Below, in pieces: positions 24,606 through 37,744 of a stretch of 64,000 nt of DNA. Numbering within the stretch: the first letter of the stretch is position 1; every line of letters starts with the position of its first letter. Source of the DNA: Macrostomum lignano (Eukaryota). Both the position numbers and the translations under genes were made by a program. Below the pieces are notes generated by a model that saw only the letters and a program-made list of their open reading frames with translations, made no database searches and was not told the origin of the DNA. Location of the stretch: NCBI GenBank assembly GCA_002269645.1, contig NIVC01000977.1, positions 124,001-188,000 of the forward strand. Direction: 5' to 3'.

Positions 24606-27600
24606 TCAGGTGGCAAAATCTGCGTCGCTAATAACCTCAGCGGCGTGAGTAGAGCCAGCGTTGACGGAGCAATCGGCCTCAACGATACAGTCGCGCAGAG
24701 TGCAGCCATCCTGACAGGCGGAGCCGGAGCACAGGATGGAATTAGTGAGATTAGCGCCGCAGCCAACGCTGGCTCCGTCCATCAGAACGCAATCGGCTAG
24801 CCGGCTATTAGCGCCAATAGTACAATTGGCGCCAATGAAACTGCGCTTAATAACGGCGCCGTCGGCTATGCTGGCGGTGGGATTAATGGGTTGAATTTGC
24901 TGTTGCTGTTGTTGCTTTCGCTGTTGACTGCGCAATAAAGATCGATTAGCCTCAGCGTAAGCTGGCAGATTATTGACTCTTAAACAGAGCCTATCAGCTG
25001 GCAGCACGTAGGCAAACACCTGGCGAGTGTTGCGAACATCAAAAGCGCCGCCGTAGCTGTCGGATTGATTGAGAATAGTTGGCCAAGCTAGCCGATCATC
25101 TTGGTTTTGTTGAGAAGATTTCTGCTCCTGCTGCTGTTGTTGTTGCTTCTGCTGCGGCTGCTGTTGCTTCTGCTGCTGCTCGTCCTGCTGCGGCAGCAGC
25201 AGATCTTGCGAGTCTTGACTGAACTGCAGACTATTAACAATGTGCGGCAGGCACTCGCCTTTGAACATTGCCAACCGGTTTAATCGGCCAGACACGCACA
25301 GCGTGTGCAAGAAGTCGCGGCGCAGAATGTACAGGTGAGCGTCCAACAGGCAGCGGAGAAAGTCTAAGCAGTGTCCGAACTGCTCGTTCTGCAGGCTGGC
25401 CAGGTGAACTGGCAATCGGCGGCCCAGGTCCGCTTCGCCTTGCATGAACACCACTCGGTGCTCGCCCTGCGGAATTAAGAGGGTAATTGAATGCTTAATG
25501 GGGAATTCGAAGCCGATTTGAAGGCTGGTGTATCAGGTGTAATTACGCCATTCTAAACCTGTTTATCAGGTGTAATTAGACCGACTAAAGCTGTTTATCA
25601 GGTGTAATTAGGCCGATTCTAAAGCTGTTTATCAGGTGTAATTAGGCCGATTCTAAACCTGTTTATCAGGTGTAATTAGGCCATTCTAAACCTGTTTATC
25701 AGGTGTAATTAGGCCGATTCTAAAGCTGTTTATCAGGTGTAATTAGGCCGATTCTAAAGCTGTTTATCAGGTGTAATTAGGCCGATTCTAAAGCTGTTTA
25801 TCAGGTGTAATTAGGCCGATTATAAAGCAGTTTATCAGGTGTAATTAGGCCATTCTAAAGCTGTTTATCAGGTGTAATTAGGCCGATTCTGAACCTGTTT
25901 ATCAGGTGTAATTAGACCGACTCTAAAGCTGTTTATCAGGTGTAATTAGACCGACTCTAAAGCTGTTTATCAGGTGTAATTAGGCCGACTCTAAAGCTGT
26001 TTATCAGGTGTAATTAGGCCGATTCTAAAGCTGTTTATCAGGTGTAATTAGCAAGATTCTATGGCGGTGTAATAAGGTGTATTTAGGCCTTTTCTAACGT
26101 TGTTTATCAGGTGTTATTAGGAAGATTCTAAGACAGTTTCGACAGGTGAAATTATATGGAGATTATAAGCCAGTAGGTTGACTGTATGCCCCTTTTGATA
26201 AGCGTAGGCAAGCGCGCACCTGTACATAGTTGCACTCGGCAAGTTGAGCGGATGTGGCTGGCGGATGCGGCCCACTTGGCGCGGGAGCCAATCCGATCAG
26301 ATCCCGATCTGGCTTCGACTTCACTTTGCCCCCAGGTGTGGCCGCCTGCGGCTGCTGCTGCTGTTGCTTTTGTTGCTGCTCGGAGAGAGGCGTGCGGTTG
26401 CTAAGCAACATAGTCAACGGACAGAGTCGCTTATCGTGCACATCGGTAACTGATCTCAATAGGCCGGTGTCGCACAATAAATCGCCGCTGATAATGACAA
26501 TATTATCGGCCCTGGCCCGGTCGCCATAGTCTCGCAGGGCGTCCATAGTGCCATGCGCATCCTCTTCGCGCTGTTCAAGGTACTCAAAAACGCCAGCTGC
26601 AGCTGCATCGGGGAAAAGCCGCTCCATCCATGCTTGAACGTCGTTCCTTCAATGGAATTTGTTTTTTGGAGAGGTCAGGAGTTGTTGACTAGCAGACTAG
26701 TCTCTCCTTCTCATCCTGTCTCTCTCTCACTGTCTATCCCTCTCAGTCTCTCTCTCCCCCTGTCTCTCTCTCATTGTCTCTCCCTCTCACTGTCTCTCTC
26801 TCTCACTAGCTCTCCCTCTCATTAGCTCTCCTTCTCACTGTCTCTCTCTCCCCGTCTCTCTCTCACTGTCTCTCCCTCGTCTCTCCCTCTCACTAGCTCT
26901 CCCTCTCACTGTCTCTCTCTCTCACTGTCTCTCCCCCCGTCTCTCCCTCTCACTGTCTCTCTCTCACTGTCTCTCCCTCGTCTCTCCCTCTCACTGTCTC
27001 TCTCTCCCCGTCTCTCTCTCACTGTCTCTCCCTCGTCTCTCCCTCTCACTAGCTCTCCCTCTCACTGTCTCTCTCTCACTGTCTCTCCCTCTCACTGTCT
27101 CTCTCTCACTGTCTCTCCCTCTCACTGTCTCTCCCCCCCCGTCTCTCCCTCTCACTAGCTCTCCCTCTCACTGTCTCTCTCCCCCGTCTCTCCCTCTCAC
27201 TAGCTCTCCCTCTCACTGTCTCTCCCCCCGTCTCTCCCTCTCACTAGCTCTCCCTCTCACTGTCTCTCTCTCCCCCGTCTCTCCCTCTCACTAGCTCTCC
27301 CTCTCACTGTCTCTCTCTCTCACTGTCTCTCTCTCTCACTGTCTCTCTCTCCCCCGTCTCTCTCTCCCCCGTCTCTCTCTCCCCCGTCTCTCCCTCTCAC
27401 TAGCTCTCCCTCTCACTGTCTCTCTCTCCCCCGTCTCTCCCTCTCACTGTCTCTCTCTCTCACTGTCTCTCCCTCGTCTCTCCCTCTCACTAGCTCTCCC
27501 TCTCACTGTCTCTCTCTCTCACTGTCTCTCCCCCCGTCTCTCCCTCTCACTGTCTCTCTCTCACTGTCTCTCCCTCGTCTCTCCCTCTCACTGTCTCTCT

Positions 27601-29371
27601 CTCCCCGTCTCTCTCTCACTGTCTCTCCCTCGTCTCTCCCTCTCACTAGCTCTCCCTCTCACTGTCTCTCTCTCACTGTCTCTCCCTCTCACTGTCTCTC
27701 TCTCACTGTCTCTCCCTCTCACTGTCTCTCCCCCCCGTCTCTCCCTCTCACTAGCTCTCCCTCTCACTGTCTCTCTCCCCCGTCTCTCCCTCTCACTAGC
27801 TCTCCCTCTCACTGTCTCTCCCCCCGTCTCTCCCTCTCACTAGCTCTCCCTCTCACTGTCTCTCTCTCCCCCGTCTCTCCCTCTCACTAGCTCTCCCTCT
27901 CACTGTCTCTCTCTCTCACTGTCTCTCTCTCTCACTGTCTCTCTCTCCCCCGTCTCTCTCTCCCCCGTCTCTCTCTCCCCCGTCTCTCCCTCTCACTAGC
28001 TCTCCCTCTCACTGTCTCTCTCTCCCCCGTCTCTCCCTCTCACTGTCTCTCTCTCTCACTGTCTCTCTCTCTCACTGTCTCTCCCTCTCACTGTCTCTCC
28101 CCCCGTCTCTCCCTCTCACTGTCTCTCTCTCCCCTTGTCTCTCTCTCATTGTCTCTCCCTCTCACTGTCTCTCTCTCCCCTTGTCTCTCTCTCACTGTCT
28201 CTCTCTCCCCTTGTCTCTCCCTCGTCTCTCCCTCTCACTGTCTCTCTCTCCCCGTCTCTCTCTCACTGTCTCTCCCCCCGTCTCTCCCTCTCACTAGCTC
28301 TCCCTCTCACTGTCTCTCTCTCATTGTCTCTCCCTCTCACTGTCTCTCTCTCCCCTTGTCTCTCTCTCCCCTTGTCTCTCTCTCATTGTCTCTCTCTCCC
28401 CCTGTCTCTCTTTCTCTCTCACTGTCTCTGTCTCACTGTCTCTCCCTCCCTCTCCCCCTGTCTCTCCATCTCACCCTCTCCCAATTATCCAGCTCCCTCT
28501 CATCATGTCTCTCCCTCTCAGTCTCTCTCTCCCCCTGTCTCTCTCTCATTGTCTCTCCCTCTTACTGTCTCTCTCTCTCACTAGCTCTCCCTCTCATTAG
28601 CTCTCCTTCTCACTGTCTCTCTCTCCCCGTCTCTCTCTCTCACTGCCTCTCCCCCCGTCTCTCCCTCTCACTAGCTCTCTCTCCCCGTCTCTCTCTCATT
28701 GTCTCTCCCTCTCACTAGCTCTCTCTCTCCCCTTGTCTCTCTCTCATTGTCTCTCCCTCTCACTGTCTCTCTCTTTCTCACTGTCTCTGTCTCACTGTCT
28801 CTCCCTCTCATCCTGTCTCTCCCTCCCTCTCCCCCTGTCTCTCCATCTCACCCTCTCCCAATTATCCAGCTCCCTCTCATCATGTCTCTCCATCTCATCT
28901 CTCTCCCTCATCCTGTCTCTCTCACCCTGCCTCTGCCTCTCAACCCGTCTTGTCGTCCTCCATATCACCAAGCTAAAACGAAAGTAATTGTCTAAAATCC
29001 ACTATTTTTAAGCAATTTCTGAGACAGACTACCTAACAATCACACACCCTGTCTATTTTTACTGATGCACCAGCAATGCAGAGCCCCAAAGCGAAATGCG
29101 TTGAGAAGATTATGAATACAGTTTTAGAATGCTTCTAAGTTAAAAGTTCACAATTCAAATTCATATTCAAAACAACCCATTAAATGACTTACTTAAAAGT
29201 CTCCAAAACAATTAGTGTAATCCGAGCAATACCATGCACTCGGAGCAACCTTATTGGATAATAGATAATTGGCAATCCGCCAACAGGTAGCAATGCTTTG
29301 CAGGAGTTGCCAATCAGACAGCGAACACTATTGCCCAGTCCAGCAGCCAAAACAACGGCTTCATAAGACAT
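24606..29371 (-). CDS. EIF2B3: Translation initiation factor eIF2B subunit gamma, spliced (3 exons, 488 aa)
   Basis: Exons 29371-29193, 26646-26220 and 25466-24606 join in phase with GT..AG. N-terminal nucleotidyltransferase-like fold (MSYEAVVLAAGLG...KALLPVGGLPIIYYPIRLL; GTMDALR; IIISGDLLCD) and C-terminal hexapeptide left-handed beta-helix (SFIGANCTIGANSRLADCVLMDGASVGCGANLTNSILC). Size and motifs fit the gamma rather than the epsilon subunit. Confidence 0.88.
25525..26140. repeat. eIF2B gamma intron 2: 34-bp minisatellite
   Basis: Unit CTGTTTATCAGGTGTAATTAGGCCGATTCTAAAG. Confidence 0.95.
26695..28945. repeat. eIF2B gamma intron 1: compound CT-rich microsatellite
   Basis: Interleaved CTCT, CTCACTGT, CCCCGT and CACTAG modules over about 2.2 kb. 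Confidence 0.95.
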
Positions 29372-30469
29372 TCTCTCTTTGTCCACTTTTGATTGCAATT
29401 TAGAACAAGTTTCACTAAAAATAATATAAATCAACTCAGTTAATCAGTGCAAAATGGTAATAAAAACGTTAAAATTCAATTAAAAATGACTTCAAAATTT
29501 ATACTTTAACCACATGAATGAAATATTCTTGGCTATTTTAATACTTGGTAGCCATATATAATTTGGTACCATGAAACATTTAAATAAACTTGAATCAAAT
29601 TAAAATTGTATATTCAAAATATCCCAAGAAAACTGATATTTCAGAAATATATAAATACAAAGATAGCCTCAAATATACACACTACTTTTGCTTTTACTCT
29701 GACAATTGAAAAAGAGATGCAATAGAAAATACAATTTGAAAAAAGCTAAGCCTAGATCATGAATTACTGTTTTATTTATTTAGAAAGAAGTTTTAAATAT
29801 TGCATTAAAATCCAACTTGGACTAGAAAATATTTAGGCAAGCTTGAATTGACAAAAATGAGGGATTATGATTGCTTTTGCAAACATTTTTGTTGCCATGG
29901 CCTTTCAATAACCCTAGGTAGAACACTAAAATAATATAAGTACATCATTGAGTTTTAGAAAAGCAAAAAAGTTGTAAGCCAAAGCCATATAATATAATTT
30001 TTGTGCAACCATTTTACTAAAATAGGCCTGCTTTGTTAAAAAACATTTTATAATAAATAAGGGGTAAAAGAGACACTTCTGTAATAAAAGATTATTGACA
30101 TATTCTAATAAGTTATTCTAAGTTATATTTTTCAATATTATGCCTTTAGCATGAATTTTTTAATTAAATTTCAATATTTTCTAAATGTCAAAGCTTATAG
30201 GAAAGGGGAATAGCTGAGATGTCAAGGCTCTTTGGGGAATTGCTAATTGCAAAGCACTATAGCTTCATTTAATTTTTATATGACATTTCTTTCATGGCTG
30301 ACATGACACTTCTATGATTTTTTCATGATGCTTCTATGATTTTTTTACATGACGCTTCTATGATTTTTTACATGACACTTCTATGATTGTTTACATGATG
30401 CTTCTGATTTTTTGACATGATGCTTCTATGGTTTTTTCATGATGCCTTTAGTCCTTTACTAGTCTTTTA

Positions 30470-31045
30470 ATAAAAGCTTTCAATAAGAATTTTCACTAGT
30501 AAGATTCAAACCCAGGTTGCTGCATTAGCAGTCCAGTCTGTTCACATCTAGGCTAGCTCGTAACAAATTTATAAATAAAAATGTAGCACTTATAATTCAA
30601 CACTCACTCACTGAGCAGTTATGACATAATCAATATCTCAGGCAATTCAGTATCAGTCTCAATTAAAGTTGACAATATAGTTATGCAATCTAAATCAAGT
30701 CTAGTGCTATGTGATGTAATCTACTTCAGAATCAGAATTCAACCAGTCAGTTTTTTCTCTAGCATTCTTACAATATATTTAAAGTTGAAAGAGCTACTTG
30801 ACCTTTGCAAAAAAGCATGTTTTTGAATATTTAATGCCTTTAGCATTGAGCAATTTCTTAGCCAAGACACATGTACCATTACAGAAAATTTCTGATTAAA
30901 CAGTGCAAGTCTCAAGAAAATTGGTTAAGCCATTCAGGAGATAATTGATTGCGCAATAACATACATACAAGATTTTCTTTTTTGGTATATTGGAAAAGCA
31001 AGCAAGCATATAAACCTTAGAGATTTAGTATATTTAGATTAGTTG
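30470..31045 (+). mobile_element. Non-autonomous Helitron/Helentron (HINE)-like interspersed repeat, copy A
   Basis: Colinear and similar to 42845-43396 (GATTC(A/G)AACCCAGG..., TTTTTTCTCTAGCATTCTTACAAT, TTGACCTTTGCAAAAAAGCATG). Ends in microsatellite + TTTAGTATATT + (C/T)TAG, an architecture resembling Lep1/HINE 3' ends. The family assignment is inference. Confidence 0.5.
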
Positions 31046-32149
31046 ACAAGGCATTTGGCCTTAATAAGACAGTCATAGTTACTCCTGCTGTTTATATAAA
31101 TCCATACTAAACTACAATACAAACTGCCTTAACTCTAGCTAGGACATGATATTAAAAAATTCCAAAATGGCAATAGATGGTTAGATGCCTTTTGTCTACT
31201 TATTCTAATAGGAGGCACACTTTAGTGCTTTGCTAAAAAGATCAGCTGCTGAATAGTCACTTGATAAGCCATTAAAGAATTCAATTGGTAGGAAGTATAT
31301 CTTATATCTAAAGTTGAGTGGATCAATCGACTGGCCGGGTTTAACGTGTATCTCCTCCTAGACGGCTGGCAACTCAAATGTGAGACTTATATATATCAAT
31401 GTATAATTTTCCTACACAACAAATAGGCAATTTTAATGTTGAAAATTTAAAATTTAAGTCTGTTAAAATAGCAGAAAACTGTTTTCTTAACCTTCTTTGG
31501 CCACTTTGCCTCTCTAGTGGCATAGTTGTAAAAACAACCACCCCAACCTACCCCTGCAGGTCGCTGTGTTTTGGAGGGGTAGGTGAGGCATGTTCTGGGT
31601 TCAATGCAAATAAAACCCCCAGTGTTGGGGGTGCAGTAAAATTTAATGATTCCCCCGGAATAGGGGGGTGGTTTGGGCTGAGTGTACATAGCAAAGTACA
31701 TTGTAAACAGATAGATAGGACTGTGTCAAGATTCAATTGGTTTTATTACTGGCACCTTTCAAAAGGCAGCCTTGTGTATTAGCTGGACAGTGAAATTCAA
31801 TGAATAAACAGCAGGCAGGTGAATGTACATGCGATACTTAATGCTTTAAATTGTGAATTTCAAACGTTAAATGTTCCTTAAGTTTTAAACTTTGAGAAAA
31901 GAGACTTATATTGCTGGAAGGATCTTGCAACGCTGAATTCGGGGATATAAGTTATTTGCTATAAATATGAAAACAAAAAGCACAGTATTGAAAAATCAAT
32001 TTCATACTTTAAAACTTTCTACTAAGATTGTAGTTGGGGGGTTGTGTATACAAATTCAAGCCAGCTATCATTTGAGTAATTTCAGTAATGGAAGGAGGCG
32101 GGTGACAAATTTTAATTGGTTTGATTATCTGCGCTTTCAGTCTGTCAGA

Positions 32150-33480
32150 TAAAAGAGTAGAGAGAAGAGAGATTTTAGGGAGAAGAGAGGATAGAATGAT
32201 AGAAAAGACAGTAGATATGAGAGATTAAAGTCAACAGAGGGGAGAGAAGAGGGGAGTGAGGCGGGAATGAAGACGGAGAGCAAAAAGAAGAGAATGTAGA
32301 GGGAAGGAAGGAGGGGAGAGAGGAAAAATGAGAGAGCAAAGGAGGGAAAAAAGATGGGAGGAGAGACGAGAGAGAAAAGAGAAGAGAGAGAGAGGATAAG
32401 TTAGAGGAGAGGCAATAGATAAGTGAGTAGAGATTAGAGATGAGAGAGAAGAGGAGAGATAAGAGAGAATTGAGAGAAGACAGGAGAGAAGAGATAAGAG
32501 AAAGAAGCGAGAAGAGAAGGGAGAGAGGAGAGAGATGAGAAAAGAAATGAGAGAGCAAAGGGGAAAGATGAGAGAATAGAGATGAGAAAATAGAGATGAC
32601 AGTGCAGAGGAGAGATGAGAGATGGGAGATGATTGATGAGAAAGTAAGAGTAGAGATGAGAGGAGATGAGAGCAGAGAGAAGAGAGAAGAGATTAGATAA
32701 AGGAGCAAAGAGGAGAGAGGAGACAGGAGAAAGTCTCAGTCTGGACGATGGCAGTCAATTTTTGCAAATAGAGAAAGCATGCTATGATATTTCAGAGGTT
32801 TTATGGAGGATTTGAAAGATTTGGAAGATTTTTTGATGTATACCCAGACAAGTAAAAAGCATATTTTTATAGACTTCAGTTTCATAGTCTTGATTGACTG
32901 AAATTTGATAGAGATAATATTTTTTTAATTGATGGATTGTAGCTTGAAGGAGATGATACACGCTGGATTTCAGTTTAACAGAGGATTTTGATGATATCTG
33001 TTTCATGGAGAGGATGAAATGGCTAAATGAAAGGGAATAGAGAAAAGAGAAAAGGAAAGAGAAGATAAAAGATTAGATGAAAAAGAACATGAAAAGAGAG
33101 AATTAAAAGGGACAGATTAGAGAAAAGAAAAAGAGAATAAAGGCGAAAGAAGAGATGAGGGAATTGAGAGAAGAGAGAAGAGGGGGTAAGAGAGGAGAAA
33201 AAGGAGACAGGAGGGATTAGAGCCGAAAGACGAGAGAGAAGAGATAAATGAGTAGAAATAAGGGGAGAGAGAGGAGAGAGAAGCGAGAGGATAAGGGAGA
33301 GAGGAGAGAGGAGAAAGTAGAGAAACAAGAGAGCAAAGAGTAGATAAAGGAGAGGAGAGAGAGGGACAGACGAGAGTCTCAGTCTGGACAATGGCAGGCA
33401 GTCAATTTTTACAAACAGGTAAAACAACATGGTTTTTGGGAGGTTAATAGAGGATTTGGAAAGGATTTGGATGATGGGAT
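32150..33480. repeat. Two related GA-rich low-complexity blocks (old tandem duplication)
   Basis: GA tracts at about 32155-32730 and 33025-33375, each followed by AGTCTCAGTCTGGAC(G/A)ATGGCAG...GTCAATTTTT. Confidence 0.75.
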
Positions 33481-35736
33481 TCGTGTCATTGGATTCAGCT
33501 AATGGATTTCAGGGAATGAAATTCTGGCAATGGGAGTTCTATCCCCTTACTCTGCCAATGGAGGAGTTGGCCTTGTAGGCCTATAAAACTTTGGTTTGGT
33601 AGATTAGTTTTTATTGACATTAAATCAATGTAAAAATATATATAATAGGAATGAGATGGCTGCACATTAGACAACAAGCAGAATGGGATGGCTAACTAAA
33701 TGGTGAGGGATAAATGAGTCATCATGCAGAATCACATCATTTGTTTAGTTTGTTATAATAGGCCTAGCTATATAGATATGCCATGGATATTAATTTAAAT
33801 TATATAAGTGGCTATCATATCAAACAAGATCATAAACAATAATTTATGACTTTAAAAGTAGCAAAAAACATGCCTATGTTATTATGACTACATGTATGGC
33901 AAAATCATATAGCTAAAAATCCTACTACTAGGCCTAGGCCTATAAATTCTAGAAAAAAAAATAAAAAAGAGAAAAATGCCCATAGCCTATTGTTTGTAAG
34001 CTAACAAGTTCAGAATCAATATTTTCTAAATTCCAAAATCATACTAGTAGCATTTTTGTAACTATATGAGTTTGCCATACTCATGTCGTGATAATATTAA
34101 TATAGTAGGCATGGTTTTTGCTAGGCCCCTACTTTTGGGATCATAACTCATTGCTTGTGTGTGAGCTTATCTGATAACCATTTGTGCAAACTAAATTAAC
34201 ATTTACATCCACTTCTGTAAATCTGTAATTTAGGAAAACATTCCATATTCTGCATTTTAGCAAACATTTTGCATCCACTTCCACATTTTTGTAGATGCCA
34301 AATTCTAAACTTGTTTAGGCAATAAGACTCTTATATTGGTTATATAAGACAAAGTTAGGCCTAAATTAAAGTTAGGCTATTGATATAATTGCTTCAGCTT
34401 AGGCCTCAGGGCTTAGGCCTAGCTTGGTAAGAGTAAGATAGGCTTAGCCTAGCATTTGATTTAATTCAATTACTATAATAGGCTCCCTACTAGGGCTACA
34501 ACTTGGCCCTAGGCCTACTGCTGATTTTTTGCATTAAACCTAAAAATTAATATATAATATATATATAATATGTTGCCAACAAAATTGTTATTGACTTTGA
34601 CTGTTCCTAAAATGGACTTGATTGGTAAATCATCATTGATATTTGCTTATTGCCTAATTATCACCTCGACCTTTCTTTAATAAGGTTTAGCATTGAGAAA
34701 TTTCCAATCTTAGGCCTACAAGATACAATTTTACTTATCATCATAGAATAGCTATATACAATAATATGAATTTTCCCTCTATGAACAGGCCCTGTGCTCC
34801 ATATTCTTCGTAATGGTCAGTCTGCTCTGCAGTCAATCAATTGCGATTGGTCGGATGGCGGCCACGGAAAGGCTGACTGAAATCCTAGATTCAAAAAATA
34901 TCCGGAAAAGACGTCAAAGTGTCACAATACAATACGCCTGTGGCGAAGTAACCTATGAAAATACTTACTTCAAAAATCTAACTGAGATGTGAATTTCCTA
35001 AGTACGTTGCTATGAATTAAGCAAAAATAGCTGATAATAAAACAATTTGCATAATTTGCAATTAAAAAGGACATGTATTACGAAACGTCAAAGTGATATT
35101 AGTAAGGGATATCTTCAGAAAAAACAAATTGAACTTCTTTAGGAGTTTAATTAAACTACTCAAGTAACTCCTCCTGAATTAGGACAGCTCAAGGGGAGTC
35201 ACTAATCCTAAACTTCTGTTCGATAGAAATGTAGGAAGCCTCGGTCTAATTGTGTTGTTTACGGGTTTATAATTTATATGATTATCAGTGTACCTTCTAG
35301 TTATATAATATTTAAAATTTGAAAAGCCAATTGACAACAAATTTATGAAATGCAATTTGAAACATATTTTGTATACTGCAATATATATTTTACAGATAAA
35401 GTATCTCACACAACCACCGGATATTTCAAGTTACAAGCATTTCATTATAAATATATAAAAAGTCAATAAGCAATTGTTTTTAATAATTAATACTGAATAA
35501 GTAATAATTAATTAATTTCAATAATTCAATGATTTTCGTGAATATATGAAACCAAACGAGTAAGAAAATTTCATAAGAAGACAGAAGTTTCTTTTAATTC
35601 AATGATAAAACTATCGATACTGCACAATAACTTGTGATCGTAAATAACGAAAAAAACAACACCTTATGTTTACGGTGACGGTATATTTAAAATCACAACA
35701 AGTGCCGATTTTTTACTCCTATTTAGTAGACGTAGC

Positions 35737-36618
35737 CAGTGTTGGGCACCAGTCCGTTAATAAGCGTTAATCCGTTAATAAGCGTTAATAAGCGTTAAGA
35801 TTTTTCATTAACGTTAACGGACTGTCGTTAAGATTTTTTTGAACTAACGGATTAACGAATTTGCGTTAAAAATTTTGTGAATTAACGATAAATTCATCGT
35901 TAACGGTAGTGTCTATGTCAATGACCAAAGACGCAAAGAAACGAAAAATAGAAGTCTTACAAGAAGTTTAAACATTACGAACGTATTTGAGCTTACCTAT
36001 ATGCCTAAATATAATCTCTTTATTTATGACGATAATCATACAGACGTACATGTAATTAACAACTTCTTAGAAATAAACTTTAAAATAATGAATTAAAATA
36101 GTGTGAAACTTTATTTCTTGCGCGTGAGCATCGATCGCTTTGATTCACTTCTGTCCCAATCTTTCGCAACTTTCTGCTGCGCCTGCTAATGGTACTGAAA
36201 CAACCTTCCTATGCGTATTTAATTATGAATTTCTCGCTATTAGCTTTTAAGTTTCAAATAAAATAAGTTACTTTTTTACCATATGCTTTACTTTTAGTAG
36301 TATAATAAATGCATGCAAGTTTTTAAAATGATTATTTATTACTTTTTTAGCTTTCAAATCGCTTAGATGACCTCTGTGTTTCGCTAAAAAGATGGAATAG
36401 CAAAGACGTGCAATACGAAGTCTGTTTTGGAAAAAACGTGCAAGATTTCCGTATTTTCTGTGTTAACTTTAACGGATTAACGCTTATTAACGATTATCAG
36501 TTAACTTTCAGTTAACTTAACGAAATTAGGAGTTGAAAAGTTAAGATTTTTTTGTTTTAACGCTAACGCTTTTGCTATTAACGGAAGTTAAGATTTTCAT
36601 TAACGGTGCCCAACACTG
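35737..36618. mobile_element. MITE-like element (hAT-like CAGTGTT termini), 882 bp
   Basis: 14-bp perfect TIR CAGTGTTGGGCACC / GGTGCCCAACACTG. Dense CGTTAA/TTAACG subterminal repeats at both ends in inverted orientation. No TSD recognised. Confidence 0.75.
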
Positions 36619-36970
36619 TTCATATCTATATGTTATTTTAATCCAAGAATCCAATTTGAGTCGTGATCAGGGTTTTTTCTGCCAAAAATGTGGATGCAAG
36701 CTTGCATCTCAAGCTTAAAAAGTGAATGCAAATATGAAAACCAGGATGCAACTTGCATCTAGGTCTAAATTTAGGGAAAGTATTCAATGAAGATTCAAAA
36801 AAGTATTAAAACAATATATTTATGCATCACCATGATGTTTTGTTTTAGGCAATGGCTAGAGTTCCGGCACCGGAACCCATTTTCTAACGGCTATGGATCC
36901 GGCAGTGGTATTCCAGTAGTGCAATTATGGGTATAATATAGCAGAAACATTTTAATTTTTTAACGGGTTG

Positions 36971-37661
36971 TAGAGCTCAGAGCTGTCAAAATTAGAGATT
37001 TTATTCGAGACGAGATTCGAGACAAAAAAGGCTTGTAAGTCGAGAATTTTGAGACGAGACAAGACAAGACAAAGTAAATCTAAAAATATATATTTCAGAA
37101 TTGCATCTTGTCTTGCTCTTATCTTGTCTTATCTTGTCTTAAATTTTTTGATAAGATACAATTCTAAAAAATATTTTTTAGATTTTCTAGAATACTTTCT
37201 TAATTGTAGTTTTAATTCTTTGCTATTTATTCATAAGCATTTATGCTTATAGCATATAGGCCCTTGGCCCTACTATGTCTATTACTAATTCGTCAAAAGA
37301 CCTATGTAGATTGTTTTTGAGTCTGCTGTGATACACCTTGCTGCAGAACTGAAATGATAACTAAACGAGCGCATATGCAATGCAAACTCGTATATAATGA
37401 CATCCGTTAAATAACTAAAACTGCTTGACATTGGCTAGATTTTACCATTTGAAAATTGCCCTATCAAGCTGTATTTATATGAAAATTTGCTCCCTTTTTA
37501 TATCTTAGGCCTATCACTTAAAAGCTTTTAAAAAAAAGGTATCAGAAAATTCTTGAATCTCGTCTCGAATTTCTTGACAAAATTCGAGATTTTTCAAGAC
37601 AAGAAAAAATGTCGAGATCTTGTCTCGAATCTTGTCTCGTCGAGATCTCGTGACAGCTCTA
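36971..37661. mobile_element. hAT-type MITE, 691 bp, with 8-bp TSD
   Basis: Termini TAGAGCT(CAGAGCTGTCA) / TGACAGCTCTA. Identical 8-bp flanks ACGGGTTG at 36963-36970 and 37662-37669. CGAGAC/GTCTCG and ACAAGA subterminal repeats. Confidence 0.85.
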
Positions 37662-37744
37662 ACGGGTTGTTGATATTGGGATTTAGTTCAAGATAAGATC
37701 AAAACAAAACTTCCTAATTTCATATGTTATTGAGCCTCATTAAT

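Noticed and set aside
24606-29371. Mannose-1-phosphate guanylyltransferase or eIF2B epsilon
   Set aside because: It lacks the GxGTRLRPLT catalytic signature and the C-terminal W2/HEAT domain of epsilon. Length and motifs fit eIF2B gamma.
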